From: Malacoraja senta
Taxonomy: Eukaryota
DNA: 64,000 nucleotides
NCBI GenBank assembly: GCA_038087875.1
Contig: CM075987.1
Location: forward strand, 16,618,001 to 16,682,000
Reading direction: 5' to 3'
In this document: piece by piece, positions 53,503 to 63,384 of the stretch
Position numbering within the stretch: position 1 is the stretch's first letter
Layout of the letters: each line of letters opens with the position of its first letter
Made by a program: the position numbers and the translations under genes
The notes under the pieces: model-generated
What the model was told of the DNA's origin: nothing
The model's database searches: none
Seen by the model: only the letters and a program-made list of their open reading frames with translations

Positions 53503-56066
53503 TGGGCAAATATGAAACAAAGCACTGTCAGACTTTTAAAACCGGATGGTTCCAATAACACACCAATTCCTGATGGCATGTCGTGCTATCAATAGCACCA
53601 AAATAGAAAGGGCTGGAAACACTCAGTAGGTCAGGCAGCATCAGTGGAGAGAGGAACAGAGTTTTAACATTTCAGGAAAAAGACCCCTTATCAAAACTGG
53701 GAATGTGAGAACATATGTTAAAGCTGGAGAGAGGATGGGAGAGGGGCATTGGGACAAAGGGAGTATCACCACAATGCCGTTTCCAATATTTATCTCAGAC
53801 TTTGGGCATCTGTTATTTTTGGTTTCCAAGTTCTACCCCTGTGACATCTTGTACGCAGCAAGTGACTGGCAGACGGCTGTGGAAATGGAGAAATCCCACC
53901 CTGGCCAACATTTCCCCCACATTGTGTTCCACCACTCACACATTGTGGGATCAGGTACAGTAAGTGCAAGATCTTCCTTCCATTGAAGCAAATGTAAATC
54001 ACTCCAGAAGCTGCTTGTCTTAGTGAGTATTTTGAAGCATTCACCATTGCACTTTTCTATTTCTGTATCGGCTTTTGGCATTAATATAGAACGTGGAACT
54101 GTACAGCACATGAACAGGCATTACGGCCACAATGTCTGTGCCAACCACAATGCCAATTTAAACTGCACCTCTCATGTTAAATTCCTTTATAATGTTATGT
54201 TGTATTCTTATTAATGGGCTGCAATGGCAACTCGAATTTCACTGCACCAATTGGTGTATGTGACAATAAATGAACCTTTGAACCTTTACTTGCTTTATTC
54301 AATGCCTTTTCATGTGCCTGTCTAAATGCCTCTTAAACGTTGCTATCATATCTGTTTCCACTACTTACCTTGACAGCGTGTTCCAGGCACCAACCACAAT
54401 ACTTGCTTTGCCAAATCTCCATTAAACTGTGCCCCTCTCACCTTTAAGCCATTCCCTCTAGTATTTGATATTTCCACCCTGGGAAAAACTCTGACTGTCT
54501 ACCCTGTCTATGCCACTCATCATTTTATATCGTTAAATAATGCTCCGATTGGAGTTGTTAGCATCTGGGGAACCACATCCGGTATTCGTCCCAGTGATCT
54601 GGACAAGAGAGGGAGGACTTTATTCTTAAAGATCCATTCAAACTACTCCCTATTCCTGGTGCTGCCTGACATCCACTCCCTATTTATTGAGGCCAATTAA
54701 CCTACAAACCCGTACGTCTTTCGGATGTGGGAGGGAGCACCCAGAGGAAACCCACCTGGTCACAGGGAGTGCATGCAAACTCCACATGGACAGTAACATT
54801 TTCTCTACATTGCATTCCACCAAGAACATTGGCTGCAACGTCCATTAAAGCAAATGTGAATCACTCCAGAAGCTGCTTGTTTCAGCGACTATTTCACATG
54901 TTTATGGTCAGGATTGAACCTGAGTCTCTGGTGCTGTGAGGCAGTAGCTCAACCATCTACACCACTGTGCTGCACTTATCGTGTTCCCCGTCTCATTTAT
55001 CCATTCACTTTGAGTTCCGGTATTGTATGCATCCTCATCCAATACAAAATTCTTTCATGAACTCCACCCAATAGCCCTACTTGCATCCACCCCAGTAATC
55101 ATCCAAGCACTCGCCTTGTCTCTCCAGGTTTTCCTGCCTTTATTCAGTCCTGACATGTTCTCCATCCTCCTCATATTGTTCTGGTGTGCGCTGTTACTGT
55201 TAAAGGCTGGTCTCAATTGTGCATTCTAATAAACTATCAACCCCAATATTTAAAAGGAAAACCGTTTTTCATGTTCCACTTGAACTCCTCTTCACAGGGG
55301 ACAAGCCTACAGCTTTAAGCTGCCATTTCTGTTCAATGTTGAATTCGGCTCGATCAGCAAGGCTGCTGGAGCCTTGAGAATTTCCTGTCAATCTGGCACA
55401 CACATGTGTTTGAAGATTAAAGAAAGAGAATACATTTAATTTAATGCAAACCTTTTGAATTAACTCAATCCCAGTTAAGATTCTGTTTTCCTTTCGTGCA
55501 GCTGTGTTTATTCAAACATCATTTAAGACAAGTTTGTGCTGAGTCTTCTTGCTTACATGTCCCCCTATGTTCTAAATTACTGGCAAACGCAGAACAACAA
55601 CACATTCATTTATCAGCAAGATTCAATCTCCTCCAAATGACTTACTTGGCCCATCGGTTCTACTCCACTATTCAATCATGGCTGATCTATCTTTCCCTCT
55701 TAACCGCATTCTCCTGCCTTCTCCCCATAACCCTCGACACCCGTACTAATCAATCCCCACCTTATAAAATACCCAGTGACCTGGCCTCCACAGCCATCTG
55801 TGGCAATGAATTCCACAGATTCACCACTCTTTGACTAAAGAATTTCCTCTTTCATATCCTTTCTAAAGGAGAGTCCTTTTATTCCGAAGCTATGGCCTCT
55901 GGTCCTAGTCTCTCCCACTAGTGGAAACATCCTCTCCATATCCACTCTATCCAGGCCTTTCACTATTCGCTACGTTAATGAGGTCCCCCATTTTAAGTTT
56001 ATTATTGTCACTTGTACTGAGGTACAGTGAAAATGCTATCCAATCAGAGCAGACAATACTATAGAT

Positions 56067-56235
56067 CTTCTATCGAGTCCACGTACAAGATTAGAAGTTG
56101 TTCAGCCAGAGCTGAACACACTTCTCGGCATCTGCACAATGGTGTCTGTCTTGTCGCTTCTTGTGTTTCTTGTGCGTGGTGGTGGAACGATTGGTGGAAA
56201 CAGGGCCGCGACGTGAACGCTCTTTCCTTGACCCC
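56067..56235 (-). mobile_element. 169-bp non-autonomous retroposon headed by a minimal HDV/CPEB3-like ribozyme fold
   Basis: 12-bp TSD aatactatagat at 56055-56066 and 56236-56247. Has a 3' stem-loop AGAAGT(G)TGTTCAGC-TCTG-GCTGAACAACTTCT and ends in ...GATAGAAG. Confidence 0.85.
56184..56235 (-). ncRNA. Predicted minimal (P4-less) HDV/CPEB3-like ribozyme, 52 nt
   Basis: GGGGTC-AA-GGAAAGA-GCG-TTCACGT-CGC-GGCCCT-GTTTCCA-CCAA-TCGTTCC. P1 is 6 bp starting with G1-U, P2 pairs 6 of 7, P3/L3 is GCGTTCACGTCGC, and J4/2 is CCAA (C at 56194). Confidence 0.75.
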
Positions 56236-56489
56236 AATACTATAGATAAATACAATCGTCAAGTACAATAGGTAGAGAAAAGGGGAAGATACAGAGATAT
56301 AGAATATAGTTCTCAGCATTGCAGTACACCAGTTCCAGAGACAAAGTCCAATTCTAGTAACCCCTGACATGACCCTTCCTGGGAAAAGAAAAACACTTAA
56401 CTCTATGTCCCTCTCACAAACCTTAAATGTTCTAAAGCATATTCTAGACAATAAAATACTTAACGCAGGAGTCAGTGTACATTTGACTA

Positions 56490-56975
56490 CTGAGAGTGGT
56501 AGACACTGCCCGGTCCATCACAGGTACTGACCGCCCCACCATTGAAGGGATCCACAGGAGCGCTGCCTCAAAAAGGTAGCCAATATCATCAAGGGCCCAC
56601 ACCATCCTGGCCACACTCTCATTTTACTTCTACCATCAGGAAGGTGGTACAGGAGCCAAAACACGCATGAACGCCATGTTATGAACAGCTACTTCCCGGC
56701 AACCATCAGCTCTTGAACACTGCTCATCCCAAACCTCAGCAACTATGATCTTCAATGGACTGTTTTTGTTGCAGTACGGACCAGATATGCACTATTATGC
56801 TTACTTAGCATTATGGTTATTAATTTATTGTGGTATTGATTATGATATATTTATTTGTGTGTTCTTGCATTTACTAGCTCGTTATGCTGCAGCAAGTCAC
56901 AATTTCATTGTTCCTTTGCTTTTACTTATGACAATTAGACATGTTTGATTCCTTAACTCGTGACTTGATTCTTGA
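56490..56975 (+). mobile_element. Rex1/Babar-type LINE 3' fragment
   Basis: RVVDTARSITG...NIIKGPHHPGHTLILLLPSGRWYRS remnant followed by the same tail family. Confidence 0.65.
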
Positions 56976-57168
56976 GGTACCCCCACCTGTCTTTTCCAGC
57001 TTTTTCACTCCTACTCCAATCAGTCTGATGAACGTAAGACAGACACAATAAGCTGGAGTAAATCAGCGGGACAGGCAGCATCTCTGGATAGATAGAATGG
57101 TGGATAAACAACAAAATGTTGGAGTAACTCAGTGGGCCAGGCAGTATCTCTGGAGAGAAGGAACGGGT

Positions 57169-57196
57169 GACGTTTCGGGTCGAGACCCTTCGTCAG
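57169..57196 (-). ncRNA. Minimal type-I hammerhead ribozyme motif of a PLE
   Basis: CTGACGA-A-GGGTC-TC-GACCC-GAAAC-GTC: CUGANGA and GAAA cores, stem II, palindromic ACGT in place of stem III, and a GUC cleavage triplet. Stem I is only about 2 bp. Confidence 0.65.
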
Positions 57197-57313
57197 ACTG
57201 ATGTCAGGGGAGTGGGAGGTACATAGATAAGTAAGTGTAAGGTGTGAAAACAGGACAGGAGGAATGGAGATCAAGGAACATGTAGAATAGATCATTGCTA
57301 GTTAGGAGAAGGT

Positions 57314-57462
57314 TTGTTCGCTCGTGTGTCAGATGACGTTTAGCTCGCTGTTGGCTCTGTCATCGTCCAACATGTTGACAGAATTGGTCGCCCGACGCGT
57401 CACAGAGTGCAACGTGTCGTCGTTTCCGAGGAGCGCCACGAGGAGGCTTCTGTCATGATCCC
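57314..57462 (-). mobile_element. 149-bp non-autonomous retroposon headed by an HDV-like ribozyme fold
   Basis: 10-bp TSD aggagaaggt at 57304-57313 and 57463-57472, interrupting a Penelope 3' region. CpG-rich, and the 5' 87 nt fold as an HDV-like pseudoknot. Confidence 0.85.
57376..57462 (-). ncRNA. Predicted HDV-like self-cleaving ribozyme, full form with P4
   Basis: P1 GGGATC/GCTCCT(C) with one mismatch; P2 TGACAGAA/TTCTGTCA, 8 bp perfect; P3 GCC/GGC; L3 TCCTCGT; GG available for P1.1; P4 CGACACGTTGCA/TGTGACGCGTCG; J4/2 CCAA with the candidate catalytic C at 57387. Confidence 0.8.
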
Positions 57463-58325
57463 AGGAGAAGGTGACAACAAAGCAAACAATGATAAACTGT
57501 AGTCAGAGACAGTAAGACTGGTCGGAGAACTGGGAAGGGGGAGAGGATGGAGAGAGAGGGAAAGCAAGGGTTACTTGAAGTTAGAGAAGTCAATATTCAT
57601 ATCGCTGGGGTGTAAGCTGCCCAAGCATAATATGAGGTGCTGTTCCTCCACTCTGACAATGGAGGAGGCCCAGGACAGAAGGTCAGTGTGGGGATGGGAG
57701 GGGGAGTTAAAGTGTTGAGAACCAGGAGGTCAGGTAGGATTTAGATGGACTGAGTGGAGGTGTTCAGCGAAATGATCGCCGAGCCTGCGCTTGTCTCGCC
57801 GATATACAGGAGTATGGGTGACGTTTCGGGTCGAGACCCTTCTTCATGCCTTCCAGTCTGATGAATGTTTCTGACCCAAAATGTCACCTGTCCGTTCCCT
57901 CCACAGATGCTGCCTGACCCGCTGTGTTCCTGCACTTTGCAGATTCCAGCATCTACAGTTCCTTTGTCTCCACAATCAGACTGCTACATTGAAACGCTGG
58001 CTGGGAAAGCATTTTAGAAAGAGGCACTATTACAATGTAAGTAATAATTGTTGAAATGCTGGCCTCTTCCTGCCTGTTCCCTGTAGATTTAGCGCCTTCA
58101 CTCAGAGGAGCAGATTTAAACTTCAACCCACTTTTTTTTCAACTTAAACTCAAGGGAATTAGAACATCCCTTCTTTCTGATATGATGTTTAGGCTCATTT
58201 TTGGGGGGTAAGAATATCCTTTCCCTATATAAAACGTTTCCTGCTCTCTCAAACTCTTCCCCCGTTACTTCATCAGACCTTTCCCCACGTCCAGTCCTTC
58301 CTCCTCCCCCCCCCATTCCTCCCCA

Positions 58326-58406
58326 CCCCCCAGTCCCACACCTACCCCCCAGTCCCACACCTACCCCCCAGTCCCACACCTACCCCCCAGTCCCACACCT
58401 ACCCCC
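58326..58406. repeat. 19-bp tandem repeat x4 (ccccccagtcccacaccta)
   Basis: The agtcccacac units start at 58332, 58351, 58370 and 58389. Confidence 0.95.
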
Positions 58407-58736
58407 TCCTGTCATTCCCACATCTCAATTCCTCCCCATCCCCTCCTGACTCCCCCCCCCCACCCCCCAGTCCACCCCCTCTTCCTCCGCCTGTCCTTTC
58501 CCCACTCCACACCTTCCCCACCAGCCCTCCTGACATCTCCCCTCCCCACCCACCCCATTCGCCCTCCCTCCCCATTCCTCCCCCCCACCCCTCCTCCTGT
58601 CCCCCCCCCCCCTCTGCCCCGGCTCCCGCCTCAGTTTCCAGCAGCGCCCAGTCCCGTCCTGTCCCACCCAACCTGCTGACGCGTCCGACCGAGCTCCCGG
58701 GCAGCGGGGCTTGTTGCGGAGAGCAGTCGCTGGAGG

Positions 58737-58951
58737 ATGGGGGCCGACGTGGGCTCTGCTCCTCGCCTGCTCTCACGACCCCCGGCCGCCGCCGCTTACT
58801 TCTCCGAGGAGAGGCAGCCGGGGCGAGTCGCCGCTGCAAAGCCCCACCGTGCTGGTCGCGATCATCGGCCAGGAACGCGGCTCACACCCTGCCCTACTAC
58901 TTGGGCGCCCTGGAGAGACTGGACTACCCGAAGGACAGGATCTCCATTCTG
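58737..58951 (+). CDS. CERCAM: First coding exon of a CERCAM (GLT25D3)/COLGALT-family glycosyltransferase-25 gene, with several 1-nt frameshifts as assembled
   Basis: Three frames stitch to ...AAAYFSEERQP/ESPLQSPTVLVAII/ARNAAHTLPYYLGALERLDYPKDRISI(W), followed by donor gtgagt at 58952. This matches the COLGALT/CERCAM N-terminus (ARNAxHxLPxxLGALERLxYP). CERCAM is preferred over COLGALT1/2 because of URM1-mir219 synteny. Confidence 0.88.
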
Positions 58952-59369
58952 GTGAGTGGGTTACATCACCCCTCCAACCAGGGTCACTCCCCCGATCAAA
59001 CCACACTAAGAAACGCCATGAGATTCTCACGTTCCCTTCCCCCCGATTTCAGTAAAACACAAAGAGCGGCTCAGGCAGCGATCGCACGGACAGATGAACC
59101 ATCGGACCTTCCTTCCTTCACACAGACATCCTTCAATCCTTTCTCCCAGACGATCGCCTCCACAGTTGAACAGGCGAAACTAAGGACTGACTATTCCTTT
59201 CCCTCCACAGATGCTGCCTGTCCCGCTGAGTTCCTCCCGCATTTAGTTTCCAGCGGGCAGTGGGGTTGGCGTCCCCCTGCTCAGCTGACAAGCCCAGGGG
59301 GCAGGGGAAGGAATCTTGAGCAAAACTTATAAGTGCTGGGAGAAATCTAGTGGGCCAGCCCGCAGTTGT

Positions 59370-59690
59370 AGGGGTGGGGGGGTGGTGGTGGTGGAGGGAG
59401 GTGAGGTGATTGGGAGGGAGAGGGTGGAGGGAGAGGTGGGAGGGGAAGGGATTGGGAGGGAGGGGGGAATGGGGGGGAGAGGGGTGGGGGGGAGGGGATT
59501 GGGAAGGAGAGTGGTGGGATGGGAGGGGGAGGGAGAGGGGACGGAGAGAGGGGGAGAGGATTGGGAGGGAGGGGGTGGGAGGGAGAGTGGTGGGGGAGAG
59601 GGGTGGGGGAGAAGGGTGGGAGGGGATTGGGAAGGAGAGGGGTGGGAGGGGAGGGAGGGGGAGAGGAGGGATGGAGGGAGGAGAGAGATG
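59370..59690 (+). repeat. G-rich low-complexity tract (G-quadruplex-prone) in CERCAM intron 1
   Basis: Dozens of GGG+ runs separated by short A/T loops. Confidence 0.85.
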
Positions 59691-60779
59691 GACTTGTCCC
59701 TGATCCTGTGCAGTGGTTGTGCCATCTGCATCAACCTGAGGGAGCATAATGCTGGAGTAACTCAGCGGGTCAGGCAGCATCTCTGGAGAGAAGGAATGGG
59801 TGACGTTTCGCATCCAGACCTTTCTTCAGACTGAGAGTCGGGGAGTGGGAGACTAGAGATATGGGAAGGTACGTGTGAAAAACGACAGATCAATACAGAT
59901 GGTGACCAAGGAAATGTCGAATGGTTCATTGTTAGCTGAGGGGAAGTTGACACGAAGTATTCAGTCAGTAAATTAATCATTAGTGTGCAGAAGGAACTGC
60001 ATGTGCTGGTTTAAACCGAAGATAGACACATCTTTCATTCATTGTTCTTTATCTCTCTACATCATTGTCTATATCTCTCGTTTCCCTTATCCCGTACCAG
60101 TCTCGACCCGAAACGTCACCTATTCCTTCTCTCCAGAGATGCTGCCTGTCCCGCTGAGTTACTCAGCTTTGTGTCTGTCTAAAATTAATCACTGTTTTAT
60201 CTGAAAAACAAAAAACTTCCAGTAGTGCAACATATCTTCTGTGCTGCACGGGAGATTAAGTTTGGATTAAACTAATAACTTTAGTATGCTTTACAATTCG
60301 CCACAATGATGAGAACTATATTCTGCACTCTATACTGTATCTATCTACTTACTTGAGTTTGAACTGATTGTACCTTGTTTTTCACTGTAGCTCGGTACAT
60401 GTGACGATAATGAACAGAAACCTAAAGCGTAAACCTTTTACAGAAGCCCTCCCCTTTCCCTCCAAACCTCTTGTTGTTCTTGGAATGCAGGTGAACTTGG
60501 AGTGTCTGTAGGAGGCACTGAGGTCCCAAAGAGGCTGGACACTGTCTGGTGGCTCCTGGTGTCAATGGCCAATTCACCATCCAGGGTTGGGTGTGAGAGT
60601 TGTCAGTTGCTCAGACCGCTTTCTTTGGGGGGGGGGGAGACTGAGAACTACTGCTGATGGTACAGAGTGAAGTGGGGGGGCGGTGAGCTGGTGGAGGGGG
60701 ACACCGCACCCAACCTAAGGGTATTAGTCATAAGGGAGGTTGGACTAACTTGGAATGTTTTCTCTGGAATGGCCGGAGG

Positions 60780-61500
60780 TTCAAGGTTCAATGTTTCTAG
60801 GTCATTATTGTCACATGTACCAATTAAGGTACAGTGAAATTCGAATTACCATACAGCCACACACAAAAAAGCAACAAGACACACATACTACATAAAAGTT
60901 AACATAAACATCCACCACAGCGGATCCCCCACGTTACTCATTGTGATGGAAGGCAATAAAGTTTTATTCTTCTTCCTCTTTATTCTCCCGCGGGCAGGGC
61001 AGTCGAACCATCGCAGTCGGGCGATCGAAGCTCCCGCAGCCGGCAGTCGAAGCCTTTGTTGTTGGGGCGATCGAAGCTCCCGTGTCTTGGAGTTCCCCAA
61101 AGTCGGTCTCTGACCAGAGACCGTGAGCTCCGTGACTTTAAAGTCCCGCAGACTCCCGCGGTGGAGCTCAGAGGTCGATCCCTGGCAAAGGGGATCGCGA
61201 GCTCCACGATGTTAAAGTCTGCAGGCTCTCAAAATCGGTGGAGCTCTCAAAATCAGTCTCCAGCAAAGGACAACAACTCCTCGATGTTAGGCCGCAGTGC
61301 GGACGTAGATACGATACGGAAAAAAATCTAATCTCCGTCGAGGTAAGAGATTAGAAAAGGTTTCCTCAATTCCCCCACCCCCCACATAAAACAAGCTAAA
61401 GAAACACTAAAAACATACATTTAACACACAAACAAACAACAAAAGAAGGAAGGGACAGACAGACTGTTGGTGAGGCAGCCATTGCTGGCGCCACTCGATG
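60780..61500 (-). mobile_element. CpG-rich non-autonomous retroposon, tail type C, inserted in a CR1 fragment
   Basis: Same head and body as 3770-4525, but the tail is tttcactgtaccttaattggtacatgtgacaataa plus (ttgaacc)n. CR1 sequence resumes on both sides. Confidence 0.75.
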
Positions 61501-61889
61501 GAGTGAGGAGAGAACTGATAGAAGCGTATAAAAGTATGAGAAACATAGACACACGGGTAGAAATGTCAAGGTTTAGAGGGCATAGATTTAAGGTGTGAGG
61601 GATAAAGTATTATGGCGATGTGCAGGGACAAGTTCTTATGCAGTGAGTGAGGGTGTTTGGAACACACTGCTAGGGGTAGTGGTGGAGGCAGGTAGGTCAG
61701 TTGCAATTAAGAGGCTTTTCAATAGGTTTGCAGATAAGCAAGGAGAGGAGGGATATGAATCATGTACTGTACAGGCAGAGGAAATTAGTTTACTTGACAT
61801 CATGTTCGGCACAGACATTGTGGGCTGAAGTTAGGCTCAAAAAGCTGGAGTAACTCAGCGGGCCAGGTAGCATCTTTGGCGAAAAGGAA

Positions 61890-62400
61890 TTGAGGAAGGA
61901 CATCCTTGTGATTGAGGCAGTGCATCGTAGGTTCACGAGATTGATCCCTGGGCTGGCGGGACTGTCATATGAAGGAAAGATTGAAAAGACTAGGCTTGTA
62001 TTCACTGGAGTTAGAAGGATGAGGGGGGTTCTTATAGAAACATATAAAATTATAAAAGGACTGGACAAGCTAGATGCAGGAAAAATGTTTCCAATGTTGG
62101 GCGAGTCCAGAACCAGGGGCCACATTCGTAGAATAAAGGGGAGACCATTTAAGACTGAGGAGAGAAGAAACTTTTTCACCCAGAGAGTTGTGAATTTGTG
62201 GAATTCCCTGCCACCGAGGGCAGTGGAGGCCAAATCACTGGATGGATTTAAGAGAGAGTTAGATAGAGCTCTAGGGGGTTAGTGGAATCAAGGGATCTGG
62301 GGAGAAGGCAGGCAAGGGTTATTGATTGGGACGATCAGCCATGATCGCAATGAATGGCCTCCTCCCTGCACCTATTTTCTATGATTCTATGTTTCTATGA
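61890..62400 (+). mobile_element. CR1-like LINE 3' end
   Basis: RKDILVIEAVHRRFTRLIPG...SRTRGH...NFFTQRVVNLWNSLP and (ttctatgt)n tail. Same family at 1420-1750 (-), 29085-29330 (+), 35515-35840 (-) and 55640-55990 (-). Confidence 0.88.
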
Positions 62401-63384
62401 ATAGGTAACGTTTCGAGTCGACACCCTTCTTCAGACTGAACCTGAAGGGCTGAAGGGCCTGTTCCTGTGCTGTTACCATTCTATGTTCTGACCGGTCAGA
62501 ACGGTCTCTTGCACAAATAACCTGTCAGTTATACAAGCAAATGAGTTTGTACACACTGTGTATGTGGGACCCCTGACAGGAATGCTCCTGAGGCTTGGAT
62601 TAAGGAGCACAGGCTGTTCGTTGAGTGTCCCGGCCACAGACTCACATTGCATCTTTAATGCTCTAAATCTGCGGCTTCAATAAGCTGCTGATTCTGTGTT
62701 GATTTCCAGTGGAGGATCTGCCAAGCGTCGGTTACACTGGCCCAACGATGCTTGAGGCAATCTAAATCTTGACTCTTTAACAATTTGGCCCGCAGGCCAG
62801 GATGATGAACATTATGGGATGATCTGTGGGGTCCAGTTCTGTCGCAGAGACTCCCGTTTCCAAAAAACATTAAAACCTTGTGGAACCTATCATATCCCCA
62901 CAGCTGAGTTTCTGCCTCTCATTTATACGACTCATAACCCTTGCTAAAATAAATCATTTTTGTGTTTTGATATTCATTTTACAGCACTGAGCACTTACAC
63001 CAAGATTTATTGCCCAGTCTCAGTTACCCTGAGGTGGGGGAGGTGTTTTGGAGAGCTTCATACCTCAATGATTAGATGCAGCAGTGGGCAACTTAGAGAC
63101 ATGGAGGCATATTGCTGTGCAGCACGGAAACAGCCCTTTCAGCCCAGTTTGTCCACGCTGGCTAAGTTAACATTTTGGGGACAGCATTTGCCTGCATTTG
63201 GCCCAGAGCCATCTAAACCCTTTCTACCCATACATCTGTCCAAATGTTTTTAAAAATCTATAATTGTATCCAGTTTTACAGCTTCTTCTGTCAGCTCATT
63301 ACAGATACGGACAAACTTCCGAGAGGAAAACGTTACTGCTGAGATCATTCTTTAATCTCTCCCCTATGCCCTCTAGATTTAGGT

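Larger units (their letters stand above)
57100..57812 (-). mobile_element. PLE 3' fragment: GIY-YIG remnant, 3' UTR and intact hammerhead core, interrupted by the 149-bp insert
   Basis: LLYIGET at about 57810-57795. Homologous to 33358-34002 and 47385-47765. Confidence 0.88.
58290..59020 (+). promoter_or_regulatory. GC/CpG-rich promoter and first-exon region of CERCAM
   Basis: A C-rich tract followed by CpG-dense sequence immediately upstream of and across the first coding exon. Confidence 0.6.

Noticed and set aside
59133..59834. Long Pro-rich and Gly-rich ORFs (226 aa, 172 aa)
   Set aside because: Products of the G-rich low-complexity tract joined to PLE-derived repeats. No protein family signal.
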